Shown here: in pieces, positions 38,101-42,443 of the stretch
Layout: the number at the start of each line of letters is the position of its first letter
Position numbering within the stretch: the first letter of the stretch is position 1
Assembly: GCA_027025615.1 (NCBI GenBank)
Contig: JALVQM010000166.1
Location: forward strand, 1-42,443
Direction of reading: 5' to 3'
Source of the DNA: Desulfobacteraceae bacterium
Lineage (GTDB): Bacteria; Desulfobacterota; Desulfobacteria; Desulfobacterales; Desulfosarcinaceae
DNA: 42,443 bases
Notes under the pieces: generated by a model
What the model saw: the letters and a program-made list of their open reading frames with translations, nothing else
The model's database searches: none
Told to the model about the DNA's origin: nothing
Made by a program: the position numbers and the translations under genes

Positions 38101-38402
38101 AAATGATGGGCTATAATGTAATAGCTTGCCAGGCACCCCGGAAGGCTATCAATATTATACGGGAAAAGCAGAAAGAAATTGACCTTGCCATTGTTGACAT
38201 GGTCATGCCCGAGATGGATGGAGAGGAATTGTTTAAAAATATTATGGAGATTCAACCGGAAATAAAAGTTATCATTGCCTCTGGTTATACCAAGGACAAA
38301 CGTGTTGAGAAACTTATTGCCAAAGGGGCCGCAGGATTTATTCAAAAGCCGTTTAATCCATCATCGTTATCAATAGCTATTCGTAAGGCCCTGGACACAT
38401 AA
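35124..38402 (+). CDS. Hybrid sensor kinase: TM, Cache-like periplasmic domain, TM, HAMP, two PAS domains, HisKA, HATPase and REC
   Basis: Two TM segments flank a region of about 330 aa with the RPWY motif typical of dCache. Coiled coil, H-box GVAHDFNNLL, DTGRGM, GTGLGLA, and a terminal receiver ILVIDDEP...VDMVMPEMDG. ATG 35124 follows GGAAGGA. Confidence 0.85.
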   Translation: MRISVRWSLVVGFLGLIWGTHLITASSAFFTSQKALNRHARKIMDTVADRARIQTVAYLDQARRTALLTASMLTSRHFDLKTDQTNPLFTYFHNQMVMQPSLAGIFIGCPNGDFLDLRRSNIDGKPAFRIKIISSADSDRKVLFAWYNDRWTLLKEKHDPNDSYDPRQRPWYQSAAKASGTIWTDPYIFFSSQKPGITAATPLFDKSSGAITGVVGVDIEIDALSTFFANLKIGEHGKAFLIDGKGNLVAFPDLEKIKTPSEGDSKRFRLVSINQLSDPLSSKAFSVMAFQRNAAKQYQFPASRYATFEHLGQQYLSMFKALDEKSLGWAIGVYLPSNDYLSAIIKNRRLNLFLTLAISAVATLIGFFVASGIIKPVSRLASQANAIERGDYDAIQPIKTPYREIQSTADAFEQMKTAVFASREKYKSIFENIQDIYYEITLDGTIIEISPSVYRIYKYSRKQLLGKNMFHFYKRPEDRHKLLELLNKHGRLTDYEIVLIHPDKHQIIASINCTLARDATGQPNRIIGSLRDITPRKLAEARLRAYKNKLEEIIKKRTSALEKANADLRSQIAQRQKTAKALRHSEERYRNILASIQEAYFEIDLSGRLTFVNEAALKVAGYTKPEEVIGLHHSEYTSPETASRAKKIFEELRRTGKPTNIARYTLITRDGQKRIMEVSASLIKDSKGRPTGYRGVARDITDRIRNEREKEKLKSQLEQALRMESIGTLAGGVAHDFNNLLMGIQGNVSLLLMKIGKESELRQYIEAIQDCVESGSSLTSQLLGFARGGKYNVLPIDLNEAIDNSLRLFGRTRRSITINKQLGKNLWTVEADRSQIEQVLMNIYVNAWQAIEDTGQITVRSTNVHLGPEQVKGYGAAPGRYVEISIQDTGRGMPENVRKRIFEPFFTTKQMGRGTGLGLASVFGIVKNHKGFLKVDSQLGKGSIFTIYLPASGKNSKKSGQIQSERNYEKGNETILVIDDEPYICEAFEDLLKMMGYNVIACQAPRKAINIIREKQKEIDLAIVDMVMPEMDGEELFKNIMEIQPEIKVIIASGYTKDKRVEKLIAKGAAGFIQKPFNPSSLSIAIRKALDT

Positions 38403-38422
38403 ACAGATAATGGAATTGGGCT

Positions 38423-38935
38423 ATGAAAATCAAAGAAATATTAAACGATTTTTCTGACTATTCAAAAGAAGCGAAAAGCTCTGAATCAAAAAAGCGCCGT
38501 CATGTAGAAGAACTCCTTGTTCAGGTTAACAAGTGCTTTGTCGAGATCATCCTGCCTTCAATCTTTGAAGTTCAGGAAGACCTTCAGCAGGCCGGCTTCT
38601 GGAATCAACTAAATGTGGGCCAATCATCGGTACTTGATTCGGGCAAACCCAATATCCGCAATGCCGAACTTTTCTTTTACCCGGAACGTATCCAGCAACT
38701 GCCATTTAAAACAGCTGCTCTTGAAAAAACATACCGGGCGTCTTTTGAACCAACCGCAGATCTGCGGAAAATAACAATGCAAATACACTTCCCCCAGCGG
38801 CTATCTCCTATAGAGGACGACAGATCCCAAATCGTTCCCATTGAAGAAGTAAACACGCCTATGGTGGACCGTTTCATGGAAGAATTTATCATTGGATCCA
38901 TAGAATTGTATAAATCAGATCGTGTCTTGCTGTGA
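38423..38935 (+). CDS. Hypothetical protein (no recognisable family)
   Basis: ATG-initiated ORF 20 nt after the hybrid kinase stop, with protein-like composition. I recognise no motifs. Confidence 0.5.
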   Translation: MKIKEILNDFSDYSKEAKSSESKKRRHVEELLVQVNKCFVEIILPSIFEVQEDLQQAGFWNQLNVGQSSVLDSGKPNIRNAELFFYPERIQQLPFKTAALEKTYRASFEPTADLRKITMQIHFPQRLSPIEDDRSQIVPIEEVNTPMVDRFMEEFIIGSIELYKSDRVLL

Positions 38936-38974
38936 CTTAATCTTTCTTGGCGGACAAGATTTCCATCCTGATAG

Positions 38975-39844
38975 CTACAAGGCTTCTGGAAGATTACCAC
39001 CTATCACCGTTGTCTTTTGATTTTCATCCAGGTAGCCGGGAACAATATCTTCCACATAAGCAAGCTCATCCATTGCCGGAGGCTTAAATCTGAACACAAG
39101 ACCCAAAAAATTCATGCAAATTCTGTAAGTAGCTCCCCATAGAATTTCTCTTCCAGCTTTAGTCTCTACAACAACACATGGGAAATCCATACTGAAAGTT
39201 TTCTTACTCATGTTTCTGCCGGCAAATCTGAAACGCGCATATGATGTCGGATTCAGAAGTATTTCGAAGGGAAGATACAGCATTTTGGCAACCTCCCAGT
39301 TAGGGCGTAATCTCGAAGTTTTTTTCATCCAGCCGACAACAGGGAATATAATCTGTTCATACATTACCAGCGGCTGAGGCGGCAGGGGACCCAGGATTTC
39401 CACATTAAATGGATTGAGGCGGATTTCTTCCCATGCTTCACGCAAAGCTGTGGCAACCATAATCCAGTAGGCGGCTTTTCCCGCGACAAATCCTGCTGTA
39501 CCGGATTTTTCCTGTTGCCCCAGGGCACCCTGGCAATTGGAAAAACCTGCAATTGCCAGGGTGCCGATTGACAGAAGGCAGTCACCCACAGGATTAACAC
39601 TTCCGCCTGGGCAACACAGGTCACCGGCCTGTCGCACCCGGTCAGAACGTTTGCTGAGCACCAGGCACAAACGGCGACTTTGATCAATTGCCAGCAAAAA
39701 AAGAACCGCTGAAGCCCTTTTGGAAAGAACCTCGCCTAAGGACCATTGTTGTCCGGCCCCCTTGCAGTTCAGATCTGCTCGTATCTTTGATTTGAAAGCC
39801 TTTTCTGTCTCTGCAACCGGCAGTCCAGGATATGGCAATCTCAA
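38975..39844 (-). CDS. Nudix hydrolase, CoA-pyrophosphatase-like, with an interrupted Nudix box
   Basis: LVLSKRSDRVRQAGDLCCPGG resembles the NudL-type upstream motif, and ALREAWEEIRL is the REx2EE helix. TTG start, so the N-terminus is uncertain. Confidence 0.6.
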   Translation of the reverse strand: MRLPYPGLPVAETEKAFKSKIRADLNCKGAGQQWSLGEVLSKRASAVLFLLAIDQSRRLCLVLSKRSDRVRQAGDLCCPGGSVNPVGDCLLSIGTLAIAGFSNCQGALGQQEKSGTAGFVAGKAAYWIMVATALREAWEEIRLNPFNVEILGPLPPQPLVMYEQIIFPVVGWMKKTSRLRPNWEVAKMLYLPFEILLNPTSYARFRFAGRNMSKKTFSMDFPCVVVETKAGREILWGATYRICMNFLGLVFRFKPPAMDELAYVEDIVPGYLDENQKTTVIGGNLPEAL

Positions 39845-39876
39845 TTGATCCTCTCGGGTAATATTTTCTCTGAGCA

Positions 39877-39899
39877 GGACAAGCTGTCAAAGCTTGTCC
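39877..39899. promoter_or_regulatory. Inverted repeat GGACAAGCT-GTCAA-AGCTTGTCC in a divergent promoter region
   Basis: Perfect 9-bp arms, 33 nt upstream of the Nudix TTG start and 135 nt upstream of the MFS gene. Confidence 0.35.
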
Positions 39900-40033
39900 C
39901 CGGCAGTATGTTGTTTATTAAAAATTCTTGGCATCTCCAACAACATGTCATATTTTGCTGTTCTGGTTATTATTTAGTAAATCACCAGACTAATCCCATA
40001 ATACCTTAACCCTATGGTTGTTAATATCAATCC

Positions 40034-41302
40034 ATGAAACAGTTTTTACCCTCACGTCTTTTTGTAGGTTTGTCGTCATTCGAAATGATGGCCATGTTCC
40101 GCAGGGGACTGTTCTATGCCTACCTATCAATTTACCTGCGCCATTTCCTCGGCCTGAGTGTCACGGAGACAACTCTTTTTGCCACAGCTCCCATGATAAC
40201 CAATATTATTTTTCAAACATTTGTCTGGGGCAAAATATCTGATCGCTACCAGATACGAAGGTCCATGATAATAGCCGGAGAATGGCTTGCCGCCATGGGC
40301 ACAATAATAGTCTGGTATTTTCATCGCCAAACATCTAATCCGTTAACATCAGGTCGAATTATCATTGCGGGCCTTGCAATTATCGAAATTTTCTGGTCGA
40401 TGTCCAACATCGGTTGGAGTGCCCTGATATCAGACGTTTATAACCCTTCCCAACGCAGCCGGGTCCAAGGACAGCTCGCAAGTATCGGTGGCTTGGGACG
40501 CATGCTCGGTGTGTGGTCAGGAGGACTGCTGTACGACGGCCTGACCCGCCAATACGCCGGCTGGGGCTTTTTTGAAGGCCCCCTGTTTTTCATCGCTTCC
40601 GCAGTAATGGTAATATCGACCATTCCCTTGTTTTTCATGCCTGAAGGTGGGACCGGAAAGCAAGCCTTAAATGCAGGACAAACAGAAATCCAACCAGACA
40701 GGCTGGATTCATCCTCAATCTTCTGGCTTTTCCTGGCGGCCATGGTGCTTGTTAATTTCGGCCGTAATGCCATTGCCATCATCCTGCCCCAGTATCTGGT
40801 GATGGAATCCGGGCTGGGCATCAGCAGTAGGGCCCTGGGCAAGGTTGTAAATATACAGTCGGCCTCTATTATAATATGCGGTCTGGTCGTAGGCAAACTG
40901 GCTGGACGCTTTGGAGATAAAAAGCTTCTCCTGGCAGGAATAACAACAGCCATAGCTGCCCTCTTGACCCTGGCGATAAGTATGCGGATTGAGATGATTT
41001 ACCTGGCAAATTTTATCCGCGGAGCCACAGATGTCATAATAATGGCTACTTCTTACAGCCTCGCCTCTGTTTTGATTCCACCGGCCCGAAGAGCACGCTT
41101 GTTTTCCTTTTACAACGCCACCTTTTTCTTGAGCTGGGGGCTTGCTGGAACACTTGTGTCGGGTCCCCTGATTGACCTTTTGCTGGCTACCGGCCATCAC
41201 CCTGTTTTTGCCTACAGGGCATCCTTTGTTGCCGCCGCCGTAATAACCACATCCGGATTAATCCCCTTGGGAATTCTCTGGCGACGCCTGACAGAAAGAT
41301 GA
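40034..41302 (+). CDS. MFS transporter
   Basis: About 12 hydrophobic spans, with a GKISDRYQIRR loop after TM2. Confidence 0.8.
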   Translation: MKQFLPSRLFVGLSSFEMMAMFRRGLFYAYLSIYLRHFLGLSVTETTLFATAPMITNIIFQTFVWGKISDRYQIRRSMIIAGEWLAAMGTIIVWYFHRQTSNPLTSGRIIIAGLAIIEIFWSMSNIGWSALISDVYNPSQRSRVQGQLASIGGLGRMLGVWSGGLLYDGLTRQYAGWGFFEGPLFFIASAVMVISTIPLFFMPEGGTGKQALNAGQTEIQPDRLDSSSIFWLFLAAMVLVNFGRNAIAIILPQYLVMESGLGISSRALGKVVNIQSASIIICGLVVGKLAGRFGDKKLLLAGITTAIAALLTLAISMRIEMIYLANFIRGATDVIIMATSYSLASVLIPPARRARLFSFYNATFFLSWGLAGTLVSGPLIDLLLATGHHPVFAYRASFVAAAVITTSGLIPLGILWRRLTER

Positions 41303-41330
41303 AAAGGATAGATGAAACCATGTCAAACCA

Positions 41331-42443
41331 TCAGGGTTTGAAAACTTTCATACCTTTGGCAGTATCCTGGACTACGTACCCAAGGGCCTGGATTTCATCC
41401 CGCAGCTTGTCCGAAAGTTGCCAGTTTTTTTCCTTACGTGCTTGTTTGCGGGCCTCGACTTTTTCCATAACTTCCAGCGGAAGCTGCTGACTGTCGTCCA
41501 CCTTTTCCAGATCAAGTCCCAACACCCGGTCCCAATCATAAACCGTTGCCAGTTTTTTGCCTGGATCAAGATCTGACTTCAGCAATTCCTGGACTACGGC
41601 CATTGCACGGGGCATATTCAAATCGTCGTTTATGGCGCCTAAAAACTTATCTCTGAATTTAGACTCAATAACAGTAGGTTCAGATACAGACCTCAATGTA
41701 CGTACTTGGTTCCGCAGATGGCCAAGGCCGTTTCCGGCAGCTTCAACCGCCTGGTCACTATACTCCATGGGTTTACGATAATGAGTAAGAAAAGCGGCAA
41801 AACGATATACCAGGGGATCTATCCCCTTTTGGATGAAAGTCGCCTCAAGGGTCAGGAAATTACCCTCGCTTTTGGCCATTTTTTTCCCACCTGATATAAT
41901 AAGAAAGGCTCCATGCATCCAGAAACGAAAAAACTGCTTGCCGGTAGCTGCTTCTGATTGTGCAATTTCATTTGTATGATGAACGTTAATGTGATCCACG
42001 CCCCCACAGTGGATATCCAGCAAATCACCCAGAAACTTCATGCTCATGGCGGAACACTCAACATGCCATCCCGGGAATCCAACTCCCCATGGGGATGGCC
42101 ATTCCATTTGACGTTCGACATTGGGAGGTGAAAATTTCCAGAGGGCAAAATCGGTCGGATTACGTTTTTCAGGATTTTTTTCCACTCCTTCTCCATTATG
42201 ATACATTGCTCCAAGAGACAGGCAGGCTTCAGCTATTTCTTTATTAATACACCTTTTTTCAAAAAAATCTGCTTCTTTTAATTTACCAATTTTGCTGACA
42301 AAGATATCTATTTCTCTGCTATTACCTCTACTTATAGAATTAATCAAACCTGTTACACATGCATCAACATTTCCAGAATCACAATCCTTTGTAATTTTAA
42401 CAGTATCCACATCTGTTATACCTTTCTTTGCACAGGCTGATAT
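41331..42443 (-). CDS. cysS: Cysteinyl-tRNA synthetase, C-terminal two-thirds, joined in frame to a Sel1/Hcp-like Cys-rich repeat (5' end outside the window)
   Basis: KRNPTDFALWKF, WPSPWGVGFPGWHVECSAM, DIHCGGVDHINVHHTNEIAQS and the KMSKS variant KKMAKSEGN, followed by an anticodon-binding helical region. The frame stays open from 42410 to the window edge. Confidence 0.75.
   Translation of the reverse strand: MSACAKKGITDVDTVKITKDCDSGNVDACVTGLINSISRGNSREIDIFVSKIGKLKEADFFEKRCINKEIAEACLSLGAMYHNGEGVEKNPEKRNPTDFALWKFSPPNVERQMEWPSPWGVGFPGWHVECSAMSMKFLGDLLDIHCGGVDHINVHHTNEIAQSEAATGKQFFRFWMHGAFLIISGGKKMAKSEGNFLTLEATFIQKGIDPLVYRFAAFLTHYRKPMEYSDQAVEAAGNGLGHLRNQVRTLRSVSEPTVIESKFRDKFLGAINDDLNMPRAMAVVQELLKSDLDPGKKLATVYDWDRVLGLDLEKVDDSQQLPLEVMEKVEARKQARKEKNWQLSDKLRDEIQALGYVVQDTAKGMKVFKP

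Overview
This 42.4-kb segment looks chromosomal. It carries about 40 protein genes, and I recognised no rRNA, tRNA, CRISPR array, transposase or integrase. The gene content suggests a strictly anaerobic, selenocysteine-decoding bacterium rich in sigma54 regulation, similar to Desulfobacterota. That inference rests on IorAB, a DsrE-like protein, a C_GCAxxG_C_C protein, Sec-type SelD and two sigma54 activators, with no taxonomic marker seen.

Gene order, left to right:
- A nucleotidyltransferase fragment and a GalT-like HIT protein.
- MauE/DoxX, an exported rhodanese, a C_GCAxxG_C_C protein and selD.
- cobO, a SAM methyltransferase, and a WYL regulator followed by an aminotransferase and an omega-amidase.
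- A GT4 and GH130 pair, then uspA.
- A minus-strand run: iorA, iorB, ECF sigma, anti-sigma, lipoprotein and a secreted Met/His/Gly-rich protein.
- An orphan double-receiver protein.
- A DsrE-like gene, a PAS sigma54 activator and a REC-PAS histidine kinase.
- An MFS transporter and an ICMT-like methyltransferase.
- A cytoplasmic histidine kinase with an NtrC-type regulator.
- GntR, rocD, ornithine carbamoyltransferase, a COG2403-like P-loop protein and carbamate kinase.
- A Cache/HAMP/PAS hybrid kinase, a hypothetical protein, a Nudix hydrolase, a second MFS transporter and a partial cysS.

Most noteworthy observations:
1. selD is a selenoprotein gene. An in-frame TGA at 3730-3732 is followed by a GGUC-loop hairpin, so the ORF track misses its N-terminus.
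2. A self-contained gene encodes REC, two tandem Cys4 modules of unrecognised type, and a second REC. It has a sigma54-like promoter, upstream palindromes and its own terminator.
3. An ECF sigma module follows iorB after a 3-nt gap. Its anti-sigma factor and a lipoprotein share a CBM48/AMPK-beta-like domain, and the module ends with a secreted protein carrying a Met/His/Gly tail.
4. A citrulline/ornithine catabolic cluster lacks arcA and has a P-loop protein inserted between the transcarbamylase and the carbamate kinase.
5. In cysS, both composition and homology change abruptly at about 42165-42170, switching to a Sel1/Hcp-like Cys-rich repeat.

All family assignments come from reading motifs by eye. 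No database search was run.
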